Positions 22,946 through 34,994 of a stretch of 64,000 bases of DNA are shown piece after piece. The DNA comes from Eledone cirrhosa. Lineage: Eukaryota. The position numbers and the translations under genes are program-made. Below the pieces are notes generated by a model that was given only the letters and a program-made list of their open reading frames with translations, ran no database searches and had not been told where the DNA came from. The stretch is taken from assembly GCA_964016885.1 (NCBI GenBank), contig OZ024741.1:384276001-384340000 (forward strand), given 5' to 3'. The stretch's first letter is position 1, and the number at the start of each line of letters is the position of its first letter.

Positions 22946-25900
22946 CTACAGGCTGATATAGAGAGAAGGCCCATTCACTCGGGCCATTCTCGCCACTTTC
23001 ACCCACCTTTCATAAAACTTGCTGGGGTACAGCACCTCTCTCTCCATCCTGACTCTTCTTCCAAAGTGGTATTTGAAAAAAAGAATCAGTTGTTGGCCGG
23101 AGAGAAAGGTGTCTGACCTCAGCCCTTTCAACCTTGTCCACCATACAACCTCTTTCGCCATAGCTATCACACAAAGGAAAACCGCCTCTCCTTCGTTTTT
23201 GAAGGAGGGTGGCGGTTTGATCATGACAATGGACTCGGTGGTCAACTGGATTGGTCCCACCCGCGACAATAGTCGTTCCACATAGCCCCACAGGTCAGTG
23301 ACGCCCGGGCAGTGTATGAATGCGTGCGCGACGGTTTCTTCGTCTCGCACGCACCTCGGACAGATCTTTTTTGCAGGGTCCCTGCCCGGGCGCCCATGTC
23401 TGTAGAGCTTGTCTCGAACTGGTAGAGCTCCTCGGTAGCACTGCCAGGCCAGGGACTTTTGGAAGTTGTCCATCGGTCCCGGGCGGAAGGTCCTACCGAA
23501 CAGACTGGCCAGTTCATCTTCCTCCACGCCCAGAGTTTCACCGAGCGCGTCGTCGCACTTGCTGCGGACCAACCCTCTATAGAATGACGAAGTGGAGTCT
23601 CCACTGATCGCCGGGTCCGCCTGCCAGAGGGCTGTGAGCGCCTGAGCACATTCGATGTGCCAGTCGCCCATTTTCCTCGGTCTCTGCTTGACCCAGGACT
23701 GCAGCTCGGTCAGCGAGACGAGTCGTGGGAAGGCTCGCCTCACGAACGGGGCCCACACCGGTTGTCCGGTGAGGAATACGTAGAGATGCCGCAGCCTGAG
23801 CGCGTGTTTGCGCATCGTCAACCACGGCATCCCCAGCCCTCCGTTAGAAGGGTGTTGGCAGCAGATGGATCTTCTTACCAAAGGAGCCCGCCTCTTCCAA
23901 AGGAATCGGAAGAGGGCGCGCTCCATTTTGGCGAGCGTTTTGGCTGGACAAGGCACGACGGTCAAGCGGTAGTAGATGGCGGACGCTATAAAAGTGTTCG
24001 CCACCTCCGCTCGACCTTTCAAGGATAGTTTGCACTCGGCCCACTTCTGGGTGAGTGCAAACACCTTGGCCGTCACTTCGTTCCAGTTCTTCTCCACCTG
24101 GAGGTCCGGACCAAACCAGACCCCGAGCAGCTTTACCGGTCCTTCCGTCCAGCGTCCGACGACGCCATCGGAAGGCATCGGTCTGCCTCTCCACGATCCG
24201 AGTTGCAAACCGATGGACTTGTCCCGGTTCAGCTTCGCTCCTGTGAGACTTTCGTATTCCTTTAGTAAGGTGCCGACCTCCTCGATTTGCGAGGCGCTCG
24301 ACACCATTACTGTCACGTCGTCGGCGTAGGCCGACGCCGCTTTCCGCAGTCCCGGTTCCAGAGGGATGCCCTGCAATAGCTCCAGCTTCCGCAGTAGTGG
24401 CTCGAGAGTCAGTACGTACAGAAGGGAGGAGAGAGGGCATCCCTGTCGAATGGATCGCGTAATATGGAACGGCTCCGAGAGGTAACCGTTCACCTTGACC
24501 CTTGAGCAGATGTTGCTGTTGTGCATTGCAGCAATCCAGCCCCTGAACACGGGTCCGAAGCCTGCCGCCTCGAGCACCGCATCCAGGTAACGATGGTCAA
24601 CCCTATCGAAAGCCTTAGACTGATCCAAGTTGATCAGGGCCCCACCGAAGCCGGGTTTACACCCTACCCTCTCTATGATGTATCGCATGAGGTGGAGGTT
24701 GTCGTGTATGGACCTGGTCGGGATCGCGCATGTCTGCGCTTCTCCCACCAGGTTCTCGACGACAAGCGCCAGCCTCTTTGCCAACACCTTGGCCAAAATC
24801 TGTAACTCTGTGTTTAGCAGAGTTATGGGCCGGAAGTTGCCTATGTCATCCCCCTTATTCTCGTCCTTCCTGATTAGTGTGACCACGCCCCCGGTTACAG
24901 AATTGGGAATTCTCCCGTTCTGTTGCCAGTTGCAGTAGACCGCTTCCAGGAGACCGGAGAATAAGTCCGGCATTGCTACGTAAAATTCGTAGGGTAGACC
25001 GTCGAGACCTGGAGATTTGCGTTTGCCGCATTGGCTCAGCGCGTCCCCTATCTCAGTGGCTGAAATCGGCCCTTCGCAGAACTTCGCCCCGCTGTCCGAG
25101 AGCCGCGGTAGGCCGTCGAGGTATGGACCGAAATCCATAGCCTCTCCCGGCGCGCCGCCCCCCCCGAACAGCCGAGCAAAGTGCCGCTGAAAAGCCGCAC
25201 ACATCTGCTTCGGCTCACGTATCACGCGTCCGTTTTGGTCCTTCAAAGACCGAATCGTGGACTTGTTGCCACTTTTTGCCTCCGTCACTCGGGCCCAGCT
25301 AACAGCTTTGGCTCCCTCGTTTCCCAGAGCACGTATTTTGCTTCTGACAACGCAGCCCTCGTGCTTTGCGTCGAAGAACTGGTCCAAGGCCGTTCTCGTT
25401 GCTAGCACGCTGGCTACGTTGCCACTTCTAATAGCCTCTTCTACTTTATCTACCAGTTCCTTCTCGGTTCTATTTCTATCTAACGCTAATTCTTTACTAA
25501 AAACTATCGAGTCTAATCTAACTGCCCTCTTGAGAGAGTACCACCATCTGTTGTTGACAATGGCCCCTGTCAAGTGCTGTTTAACTAAAGTGCTAATCCG
25601 TCTACTGTAGGCTTTGCTTGTCGGTAACGACAAGTTCAGCTTCCAGTAGCCGGGTCCTTGTCTATGGGTTCTATCAAGGTTGGCCATGCAGGTCACTAGT
25701 TTGTGATCTGAATAGGCAACCATGAACATTTGTGGACAGCTTAACATGTCCCTATCCTTATTTCTAACTAGAACCCTATCTAGGTACGATCTAGATGTTC
25801 CGCTACGATTACTCCACGTCCACAGTGGCGCAGTCGGAAAATCTAGTCGATATCTATCGGCCAGGTCAAATCGGTCGATTAACTGTTTGAGGCTGTTACA

Positions 25901-26383
25901 CCCCCCTTTATCGGGACATGCTCCCACATAGTCCCAACGTGCATCTAGGATTCCATTCCAGTCCCCCACTAAAAGCAAGGAGCGGGACGTTCCCAGAAAA
26001 GTCTCCAGACGTTTGAAGAAGTCTGGCCGCGGTGTCCCGGATGGGGCATATGCGGCCACCAGCCTGAACGCTCCACCTTCACTACCGTCAACGTCTAGGA
26101 CCACCAGTCGACCCTCCGGGTCCAGATGTACCGTCTGTGTTACGAGGCCCAGGTGTTTCCGCAGCAAAACGGCAACTCCGCCCCCACCCCCCGGTTGACA
26201 GAGAGATGCGTAGATCTCAAAGTCATCGAAGATGGGGGCCAGCTGTCGCTCGCCGTGGATCCTGGACTCGCAAATGGCTACCACATCCAAACTGTGCGAC
26301 CTGAGGTCGTTTAAGAGTTTGCCCTGTTTCCAGGGCATCCCCAGGCCGCGTACGTTCACACATCCAACTCTTATATTGGCCAT
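22946..26383 (-). CDS. ORF2 APE-RT (1145 aa), canonical DQSKAFDRV and YADD
   Basis: Same motifs as copy 1; the ORF is uninterrupted. Confidence 0.95.
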   Translation of the reverse strand: MANIRVGCVNVRGLGMPWKQGKLLNDLRSHSLDVVAICESRIHGERQLAPIFDDFEIYASLCQPGGGGGVAVLLRKHLGLVTQTVHLDPEGRLVVLDVDGSEGGAFRLVAAYAPSGTPRPDFFKRLETFLGTSRSLLLVGDWNGILDARWDYVGACPDKGGCNSLKQLIDRFDLADRYRLDFPTAPLWTWSNRSGTSRSYLDRVLVRNKDRDMLSCPQMFMVAYSDHKLVTCMANLDRTHRQGPGYWKLNLSLPTSKAYSRRISTLVKQHLTGAIVNNRWWYSLKRAVRLDSIVFSKELALDRNRTEKELVDKVEEAIRSGNVASVLATRTALDQFFDAKHEGCVVRSKIRALGNEGAKAVSWARVTEAKSGNKSTIRSLKDQNGRVIREPKQMCAAFQRHFARLFGGGGAPGEAMDFGPYLDGLPRLSDSGAKFCEGPISATEIGDALSQCGKRKSPGLDGLPYEFYVAMPDLFSGLLEAVYCNWQQNGRIPNSVTGGVVTLIRKDENKGDDIGNFRPITLLNTELQILAKVLAKRLALVVENLVGEAQTCAIPTRSIHDNLHLMRYIIERVGCKPGFGGALINLDQSKAFDRVDHRYLDAVLEAAGFGPVFRGWIAAMHNSNICSRVKVNGYLSEPFHITRSIRQGCPLSSLLYVLTLEPLLRKLELLQGIPLEPGLRKAASAYADDVTVMVSSASQIEEVGTLLKEYESLTGAKLNRDKSIGLQLGSWRGRPMPSDGVVGRWTEGPVKLLGVWFGPDLQVEKNWNEVTAKVFALTQKWAECKLSLKGRAEVANTFIASAIYYRLTVVPCPAKTLAKMERALFRFLWKRRAPLVRRSICCQHPSNGGLGMPWLTMRKHALRLRHLYVFLTGQPVWAPFVRRAFPRLVSLTELQSWVKQRPRKMGDWHIECAQALTALWQADPAISGDSTSSFYRGLVRSKCDDALGETLGVEEDELASLFGRTFRPGPMDNFQKSLAWQCYRGALPVRDKLYRHGRPGRDPAKKICPRCVRDEETVAHAFIHCPGVTDLWGYVERLLSRVGPIQLTTESIVMIKPPPSFKNEGEAVFLCVIAMAKEVVWWTRLKGLRSDTFLSGQQLILFFKYHFGRRVRMEREVLYPSKFYERWVKVARMARVNGPSLYISL

Positions 26384-26416
26384 GTTGGTGCTGAAAAGTT
26401 AAAAGAGGAAAAGAGA

Positions 26417-28333
26417 TCACTCACCCTTCGCCTCCTGGGGACCAGGCCGCACGATTTCCATGGGGGTGTTGGAGGGGTTGTCTGGATGGGTGGTGGTTTC
26501 CGGCGGGGTGGGGACGCAGATGTTTGGTGGGGTGGGGTCTGGTGGAATGGGGGTGTCTGGGGTGGGGAGGCATTTGAGAAGGACGCGGTTGAGTGGTTTC
26601 ACGCAGGAATTCCCCACATCCTTCTCAAATGTTTCTTTTAGGGACCTATAAGTTTGTATAGGGACCCTAATCAGTTTTAGGTTCATTTTTTTGCTATTTT
26701 TTATAGAGTGGGCGAAAGTTTTCCCTTCGGTGTAAACCGAAGGGTCGTTCGTAATGGTCTCCATTAGTGTTTTGTTTTCAGTGTTTATGTAAGTGTAAGT
26801 GTAATTTTCTTGTGTTGTGTTTGTTTTTGTCTGTAGTTCTTGTGTGTGCTTTCGTTTTGTTGTAGGTATTTTGTTTTCAGGAGGTGGGGGTTTTGTTTGT
26901 GATATTTTTGTTGTTTGTGTTGGTGGTTGTATGTTTGTGGTAGTGTTTGCTGGTTTTTTGCTTTTGTGATGTCTTTTCTTTCTTTTCGAGCGATGGGGTT
27001 CTCCCTCGTCTTCACTGGGTGATGGCGAGATAGCCTCATCTGTTGTATCGTCTGTGTGATTGGGGAGGGGTATGTCTTGGGGAGCTGTTGTGTCTGTATG
27101 TGATTTTGCAGTGGTTTTAGGTGGAGTGAGGTTGGGTGGGACTGTGTTTGTTGTGGTTATTTTTGTGTGTTGGTGTTGTTGTTGTAGTGGTGGTGTTGGT
27201 GGTTGTGTTGTTTTGATGGGTGTTGGCAGAAGAGCCTTTTTTTGGTTCATTAGTTTAGGACAGGAAGCCCTCAGGTGACCCCTGCTAAAGCAATGGTAAC
27301 ATGAAGGCCGCCTACCCTCAACCGAAAGGTTTATGTAGGTAAGTCCGTCCAGGAGTACACGCTGTGGGATCATAGCTATTCGCTCTGGGCTCATTTGCAC
27401 CAGAACTTCAATGCTAGTCCCATTGAATACATCTCTGGGGGACTTGCCTACTGACAGTATTCTGTCTTCATCAAAATTGATGAAGCCGCACAGTATCCAC
27501 CATATGTTCACCTTTGGTGTGACACTTGTGATTCTGATCTTTTGTGTCCTTTTTCCCATGTATGTAGGGAAAAAGGTGTACAGGTTGGATACAATTGGCG
27601 ACACAGAGTAATTTTGGGCCGTCAATTGATCCTTCATCAGTACCGAAATACTCCCAAAAAGTTTGCTTCTTTGAATGAATGCAATATCATTCATTGAATC
27701 TTTGAAAACCAGTTCAATATCTTTCTGTGACAATTGGACTGGTTTTCGGGTAGAATTGGAAACTGTCCTAAAAACTATCGTTTTGAGAGCAGTTTCCTTG
27801 CGAATTTCTACCGGAGAATTGATGCTGAAAGCACCATTTTTTTCGAAGGTGACATATCTCTTAGCGTCCTTTAAAAGGTGTTCAGCATTTGTTATGTCGA
27901 GATATATCAATTGTTCTTTCTTTTGAACTTTCTCCGCAAAGGAGATTTTTGGTTTCTTTGTGGAATCCGTATTGGTGGTGTTGTCATTATTGTTGTTATT
28001 CTTGTTGTTATTCTTGTTGTCACCGATGTTGGTATCATCCGTATTTTCCTTGGTGTTGTTGTTGTCTTTGATGCTGGTGTTATTGGCGTTGTCTTTATTT
28101 TTTTCTTTGTTGTTGTTATCATTGTTGCTTTTATCATCATTATTGGTTTTGCTGTTATTTTTGTTGTCATTGAGCTGTTTGGTGTCATTTGTGTTGTTTG
28201 GATGTGAATTCGTTTTTTTATTTTCATTTTGTCTTTCCATCTCTATAGTATCTAGTGAAGAAGACGTTGTTGACTGCGAGCTTTGTAGTCTTACCGCCTC
28301 TCCACCACCATTATCGTTGGACGCAGCGTTCAT
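26417..28333 (-). CDS. ORF1 gag-like protein (638 aa)
   Basis: CCHC knuckle; near-identical to 20549-22465. Confidence 0.9.
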   Translation of the reverse strand: MNAASNDNGGGEAVRLQSSQSTTSSSLDTIEMERQNENKKTNSHPNNTNDTKQLNDNKNNSKTNNDDKSNNDNNNKEKNKDNANNTSIKDNNNTKENTDDTNIGDNKNNNKNNNNNDNTTNTDSTKKPKISFAEKVQKKEQLIYLDITNAEHLLKDAKRYVTFEKNGAFSINSPVEIRKETALKTIVFRTVSNSTRKPVQLSQKDIELVFKDSMNDIAFIQRSKLFGSISVLMKDQLTAQNYSVSPIVSNLYTFFPTYMGKRTQKIRITSVTPKVNIWWILCGFINFDEDRILSVGKSPRDVFNGTSIEVLVQMSPERIAMIPQRVLLDGLTYINLSVEGRRPSCYHCFSRGHLRASCPKLMNQKKALLPTPIKTTQPPTPPLQQQHQHTKITTTNTVPPNLTPPKTTAKSHTDTTAPQDIPLPNHTDDTTDEAISPSPSEDEGEPHRSKRKKRHHKSKKPANTTTNIQPPTQTTKISQTKPPPPENKIPTTKRKHTQELQTKTNTTQENYTYTYINTENKTLMETITNDPSVYTEGKTFAHSIKNSKKMNLKLIRVPIQTYRSLKETFEKDVGNSCVKPLNRVLLKCLPTPDTPIPPDPTPPNICVPTPPETTTHPDNPSNTPMEIVRPGPQEAKGE

Positions 28334-28562
28334 AACGTAATCAAAATTTTACAATATTTTTTTCCAAGATTCGATGGAGAAAAATTTTTTAAATGGATAT
28401 TCCGCCCCTGAAGGGGCGAAAATGAGTTGACCCACCACCTGAAGGTCCAGACGGGTGGTCAAGTTACACAATGATATAAAATTGAACTAAAAACTTACGT
28501 TTTTTCCTTACATAAATTAACGGAAACTTCTCCGCGAAGTGACACACGACTGATAGAGAGAG

Positions 28563-28617
<55 letters not shown>

Positions 28618-28618
<1 letters not shown>

Positions 28619-31600
28619 TTCTTTATTAGCCACAAGGGCACAAAAGAAAAGGATAAATACAAATGGGGAGTTTACATACAGGTATATGAAAATAAAACTA
28701 TTAATACAATAACAAATAACAATTGAAATCCCCAATAGGGGGGGGGGCGTTACACAGGGGTTGTACACACTCCGAAAAAATGTACAGCCCTCATCTCCAA
28801 GAGCACCAAGAGTGAGTACTCCCCTCCTCTCTTCCTCTTTTTCCTCAACCTACAGGCTTATATAGAGAGAAGGCCCAACCACTCGGGCCATCTTTGCCAC
28901 ATTCACCCACCTTTTATAAAATTTTCTGGGGTACAGCACCTCTCTCTCCATCCTGATTCTTCTTCCAAAATGATATTTGAAAAAACGAATCAGTTGCTCG
29001 CCGGAGAGAAAGGTGTCTGACCTCAGCCATTTTAACCTCGTCCACCATATAACCTCTTTCAGCATAGCCATAACACATTGGAAAACCGCCTCTCCCTCGT
29101 TTTTGAAGGAGGGTGGCGGTTTGATCATGACAATGGACTCGGTGGTCAACTGGATTGGTCCCACCCGCGACAATAGTAGCACTGCCAGGCCAGGGACTTT
29201 TGGAAGTTGTCCATTGGTCCCGGGCGGAAGGTCCTACCGAATAGACTGGCCAGTTCGTCCTCCTCTACGCCGAGAGTTTCTCCGAGCGTATCGTCGCACT
29301 TGCTGCGGACCAACCCTCTATAGAATGTCGAAGTGGAGTTTCTGTTTGCCAGAGGACTGTGAGCGCCTGAGCACATTCGATGTGCCAGTCACCCATTTTC
29401 CTCGGTCTTTGCTTGACCCAGGACTGCAGCTCGTTGAGCGAGACGAGTCGTGGGAAGGCTCGCCTCACGAACGGGGCCCACACCGGTTGTCTGGTAAGGA
29501 ATATGTGGAGGGGCCGCAGCCTAAGCGCGTGTTTGCGCATCGTCAGCCACGACATCCCCAGCCCTCCGTTTGAAGGGTGTTGGCAGCAGATGGATCTTCT
29601 CACCAAAGGAGCCCGTTTCTTCCAAAGGAATTGGAAGAGCGCGCGCTCCATTTTGGTGAGCGTTTTGGCTGGACAAGGCACAACGGTCAAGCGGTAGTAG
29701 ATGACGGACGCTATAAAAGTGTTCGCCACCTCCGCTCGACCTTTCAAGGATAGTTTGCACTCTGCCCACTTCTGGATGAGCGCAAACACCTTGGCCATCT
29801 CCTCGTTCCAGTTCTTCTCCACCTGGAGGTCAGGACCAAACCAGACCAAATCAGCTTTACCGGTCCTTCCTTCCAGCGTCCGACGACGTCATCGGAAAGC
29901 ATCGGTTTGCCTCTCCACGTTCCGAGTTGCACACCGACGGATTTGTCCCAGTTCAGCTTCTCTCCTGTGAACCTTTCGTATTCCTCCAGTAATGTGCCGA
30001 CTTCCCCGATTTGCAAGGTGCTCGACACCATCACTGTCACGTCGTCGGCGTAGGCCGACGCCGCTTTTCGCAGTCCCGGTTCCAAAGAGGTGCCCTGCAA
30101 TAGCTCCAGCTTCCGCAGTAGTGGCTCGAGAGTCAGTACGTACAGAAGGGAGGATAGAGGGCATCCCTGTCGGATGGATCCCGTGATATGGAACGGCTCC
30201 GAGAGGTAGCCGTTCACCTTAACCCTTGAGCAGATGTTGCTGTTGTGCATTGCAGCAATTTAGCCCCTGAACACGGGTCCGAAGCCTGCCGCCTCGAGCA
30301 CCGCATCCAGGTAACGATGGTCAACCCTATCGAAAGCCTTATACTGATCCAAGTTGATCAGTGCCCCACCGAAGCCGGGTTTACACCCTAGACTCTCTAT
30401 GATGTACCGCATGAGGTGGAGGTTGTCGTGTATGGACCTGGTCGGGATTGCGCATGTCTGCGCTTCTCCTACCAGGTTTTCGACGACAAGCGCCAGCCTC
30501 TTTGCCAACACATTGGCTAAAATCTGTAACTCTGTGTTGAGCAGAGTTATGGGCCGGAAGTTTCCTATGTCATCCCCCTTGTTCTCGTCCTTCCTGACTA
30601 ACGTGATTACGCCCTTGGTCACATAACTGGGAATTCTCCCGTTCTGCTGCCAGTTGCAGTAGACCGCTTCCATGAGACCGGAGAACAAGTCCGGCATTGC
30701 TACGTAAAATTCGTAGGGTAGACCGTCGAGACCTGGAGATTTGCGTTTGCCGCATTGGCTCAGCGCGTCCCCTATCTCAGCGGCCGAAATCGGCTTTTCG
30801 CAGAACTTCGCCCCGCTGTCCGAGAGTCGCGGTGGGCCGTCGAGGTATGAATTGAAATCCATAGCCCCTCCCGGCGCGCCACCCTGCCCGAACAGTTGAG
30901 CAAAGTGCTGCTGGAAGGCCGCGCACATTTTCTTCGGCTCACGTATCACGCGTCCGTCTTGGTCCTTCAAAGACTGAATCGTGGACTTGTTGCCACTTTT
31001 CGCCTCCGTCACTCGGACCCAGCTAACAGCTTTGGCTCCCTCGTTTCCCAGAGCACGTATTTTGCTTCTGACAACGCAGCCTTCATGCTTTGTGTCGAAG
31101 AACTGGTCCAAGGCCGTTCTAGTCGCTAGCACGCTGGCTACGTTTCCACTCCTAAGTGCCTCTTCTACTTTATCTACCAGTTCCTTTTCGGTCTTATTTC
31201 TATCTAACACTAATTCTTTACTAAAACCTATCGAGTCTAATCTAACTGCCCTCTTGAGAGAGTACCACCATCTGTTGTTGACAATGGCCCCCGTCAAGTG
31301 CTGCTTAACTAAAGTGCTAATCCGTCTACTGTAGGGTTTTCATGTCGGTAACGACAAGTTCAGCTTCCAGTAGCCGGGTCCTTGTCTATGGGTTTTGTCA
31401 AGGTTGACTAAGCAGGTCACTAATTTGTGATCTGAATAGGCAACCATGAACATTTGTGGACAGCTTAACATGTCCCTATCCTTCTTTCTAACTAAAACCC
31501 TATCTAGGTACGATCTAGATGTTCCGCTACGATTACTCCACGTCCACAGTGGCACAGTCGGAAAATCTATTCGATATCTATCGGCCAGGTCAAATGGGCC

Positions 31601-33372
31601 GATTAACTGTTTGAGGCTGTTACACCCCCTCTATCGGGACATGCTCCACATAGTCCCAACGTGCACCTAGGATTCCATTCCAGTCTCCCACTAACAGCAG
31701 GGAGCGGGACGTTCCCAGAAAACTCTCTAGACGTTTGAAGAAGTCTGGCCGCGGTGTCCCGGATGGGGCATATGCGGCCACCAGCCTGAAGGCTCCACCT
31801 TCACTACCGTCAACGTCTAGGACCTCTAGTCGACCCTCAGGGTCCAGATGTACCGTCTGTGTTACGAGATCCAGGTGTTTCCGCAGCAAAACGGCAACCC
31901 CACCCCCCACCCCTCCCGGCTAACAGAGAGATGCGTAGATCTCAAAGTCGTCTAAGATGGGGGCCAGTTGTCGCTCACTGTGGATCCTGGACTCGCAAAT
32001 GGCTACTACATCCATACTGTGCAACTTAAGGTCGTTTAAGAGTTTGCTCTGTTTCCAGGGCATCCCCAGGCCGCGTACATTCACACATCCAACTCTTATA
32101 TCGGCCATGTTGGTGCTGAAAAGTTAAAAGAAGAGGAAAAGAAATCACTCACCTCTTCGTCTCCTGGGGACCAGGCTGCACAATTTCCATGGGGGTGTTG
32201 GAGGGGTTGTTTGGTGGGGTGGTGGTCTCTGGAGGGGTGGGGACAGAGATGTTTGGTGGGGAGGAGGTGTCTGGTGGGATGGGGAAACATTTTAACAAGA
32301 CTCGATTGTAGGGTTTGACGCAGGAGTTACCTACGTCGTTAGGAATTTTTTCTTTTAACTGTTTATGTGTGTCCATGGAGATCCTAATCATTTTAAGAGT
32401 AGGATTCTCCGAAGAGTGTGTAAAAGTTTTCCCTTCAGTCTCCACCGCAGGGTTTTTATGTATGGTGTCTGTTAAAGTTTTATTGTTAGTATTTATGTAG
32501 GTGTAACATTTTTGTTGTGTTGGGTTGCTTTTGTCTGTGGTTTTTGTGTGTGTTTACGTTTTGTAGTAGGTGTTTTGTTTTCAAGAGGGGGTGTTTTTGT
32601 TTGTGCTGTTTGCGTCGCTTGTGTTGGTGTTTGTGTGTTTGTTGCATTTTTGTTTGTGTTATGTCTTTTCTTTTTTCTTTTTACTGGTCGGAAAGGCTCT
32701 CCCTCATCGTCACCCAGTGACGATGATGAGGCCTCATCCGTGTTGTTGGGGGGGGGGGTACATTTTGGAGTGCTGTTATGTGTATGGGTGTTTCTGGAGT
32801 TGTTTTAGATGGGGAGGGGTTGGGTGGGACTGTGTTTGTCGTTTGTTTTGATGTCACTATTTTTTTATGTTGTTGTTGTGGTGGTGGTGATTGTTGTGCT
32901 GGTGTTGCAGGTGTTGGTAGTAGTGCCTTTTTTTGGCTAGTTAGACGAGGACAGGAAGCTCTCAGGTGACCCCTGCTTGAACAGTGGTAACATGAGGGCC
33001 GCCTCGACCGAAATGTTTATGTATATAAGCCCATCCAGCAACACACGTTCTGAGATCCTAGCTATTCGTTCTGGTGTCATTTGGACCAGAACTTCCAGGC
33101 TAGTTCCGCTAAACAGGTCGCCGGAGGTCTTACCTACCGATATTATATAGTCTGTTTCGTGGTTTAAAAATCCACATAGTACCCACCAAATATCAATATT
33201 TGGTGTGATACTTTGGATTTTTATTTTCTGTGTCATTTTCCCCATGTAAATGGGGAAAAAGGTGAACAGCGGTGACACAATTGGCGACACAGAATATTTC
33301 TGTGCCGTCAATTGGTCTTTCATTAGCATGGATAAACTCCCGTAGAGTCTACCCTTCTGAATAAAATCAATC
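28618..33372 (-). mobile_element. Tx1-like copy 3: diverged subfamily, 5'-truncated in ORF1, frameshifted
   Basis: ORF2 fragments at 28850-32108 and ORF1 fragments at 32149-33329. GATA tracts at 28552-28617 and 33373-33428. Confidence 0.9.
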
Positions 33373-33428
<56 letters not shown>

Positions 33429-33429
<1 letters not shown>

Positions 33430-34994
33430 TTCTTTATTAGCCACAGGGGCACAAAAGAAGGGGACAAATACAAAGGGGAGGTTTACATACAATAAAAACG
33501 TGTAAAATGTTATCACAAATGGAATTTAAAAAGTTAGTCGATTTTCCCCAATAGGGGGAGACAGTTTATATGGGTAACACATACCCCCGAAAAAAAAATG
33601 TGCAACCCTCAGCTCCAGGAGTACGAAGAGTTTGTACTCTTTCCTCTCCTCAGCCTGAGCGCGTGTTTGCGCATCGTCAGCCACGGCATCCCCAGCCCTC
33701 CGTTAGAAGGGTGTTGGCAGCAGATGGATCTTCTCAACAAAGGAGCTCGCCTCTTCCAAAGGAATCGGAAGAGCACGCGCTCCATTTTGGCGAGCGTTTT
33801 GGCTGGACAAGGCACGACTGTCAAGCGGTAGTAGATGGCGAACGCTATAAAAGTGTTCGCCACCTCCGCTCGACCTTTCAAGTATAGTTTGCACTCGGCC
33901 CACTTCTGGTTGAGTGCAAAGACCTTGGCCGTCACTTCGTTCCAGTTCTTCTCCACCTGGAGGTCCGGACCAAACCAGACCCCGAGCAGCTTTACCGGTC
34001 CTCTGTCCAGCGTTCGACGACGCCATCGGAAGGCATCGGTTTGCCTCTCCACGATCCGAGTTGCAAACCGATGGACTTGTCCCAGTTCAGCTTCGCTCCT
34101 GTGAAACTTTCGTATTCCTTCAGTAAGGTGCCAACTTCCTCGATTTGCGAGGCGCTCGACACCATTACTGTCACGTCGTCGGCGTAGGCCGACGCCGCTT
34201 TCCGCAGTCCCGGTTCAAGAGGGATGCCCTGCAATAGCTCCAGCTTCCGCAGTAGTGGCTCGAGATCAGTACGTACAGAAGGGAGGAGAGAGGGCATCGC
34301 TGTCGAATGGATCGCGTAATATGGAACGGCTCCGAGAGGTAGCCGTTCACCTTGACCCTTGAGCAGATGTTGCTGTTGTGCATTGCAGCAATCCAGCCCC
34401 TGAACATGGATCCGAAGCATGCCGCCTCGAGCACCGCTTCCAGGTAACGATGGTCAACCCTATCGAAAGCCTTAGACTGATCCAAGTTGATCAGGGCCCC
34501 ACCGAAGCCGGGTTTACACCCAACCCTCTCTATGATATATCGCATGAGGTGGAGGTTGTCGTGTATGGACCTGGTCGGGATTGCGCATGTCTGCGCTTCT
34601 CCCACCAGGTTCTCGACGACAAGCGCCAGCCTCTTTGCCAACACCTTGGCCAAAATCTGTAACTCTGTGTTTAACAGAGTTATGGGCCGGAAGTTTCCTA
34701 TGTCATCCCCCTTATTCTCGTCCTTCCTGATTAGTGTGACCACGCCCCCGGTTACATAACTGGGAATTCTCCCGTTCTGTTGCCAGTTGCAGTAGACCGC
34801 TTCCAGGAGACCGGAGAATAAGTCCGGCATTGCTACGTAAAATTCGTAGGGTAGACCGTCGAGACCTGGAGATTTGCGGTTGCCGCATTGGCTCAGCGCG
34901 TCCCCTATCTCAGTGGCTGAAATCGGCTTTTCGCAGAACTTTGCCTCGCTGTCCGAGAGTCGCGGTAGACCGTCAAGGTATGGACCGAAATCCA
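33429..34994 (-). mobile_element. Tx1-like copy 4: truncated, internally deleted
   Basis: 3'UTR as in copies 1 and 2. At about 33651 it jumps to mid-ORF2. RT fragment present to about 34994. Confidence 0.88.

Larger units (their letters stand above)
22709..28551 (-). mobile_element. Full-length Tx1-like element, copy 2
   Basis: Near-identical to copy 1 at a 5868-bp offset, separated from it by a 26-bp GATA/GA spacer. Confidence 0.93.
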
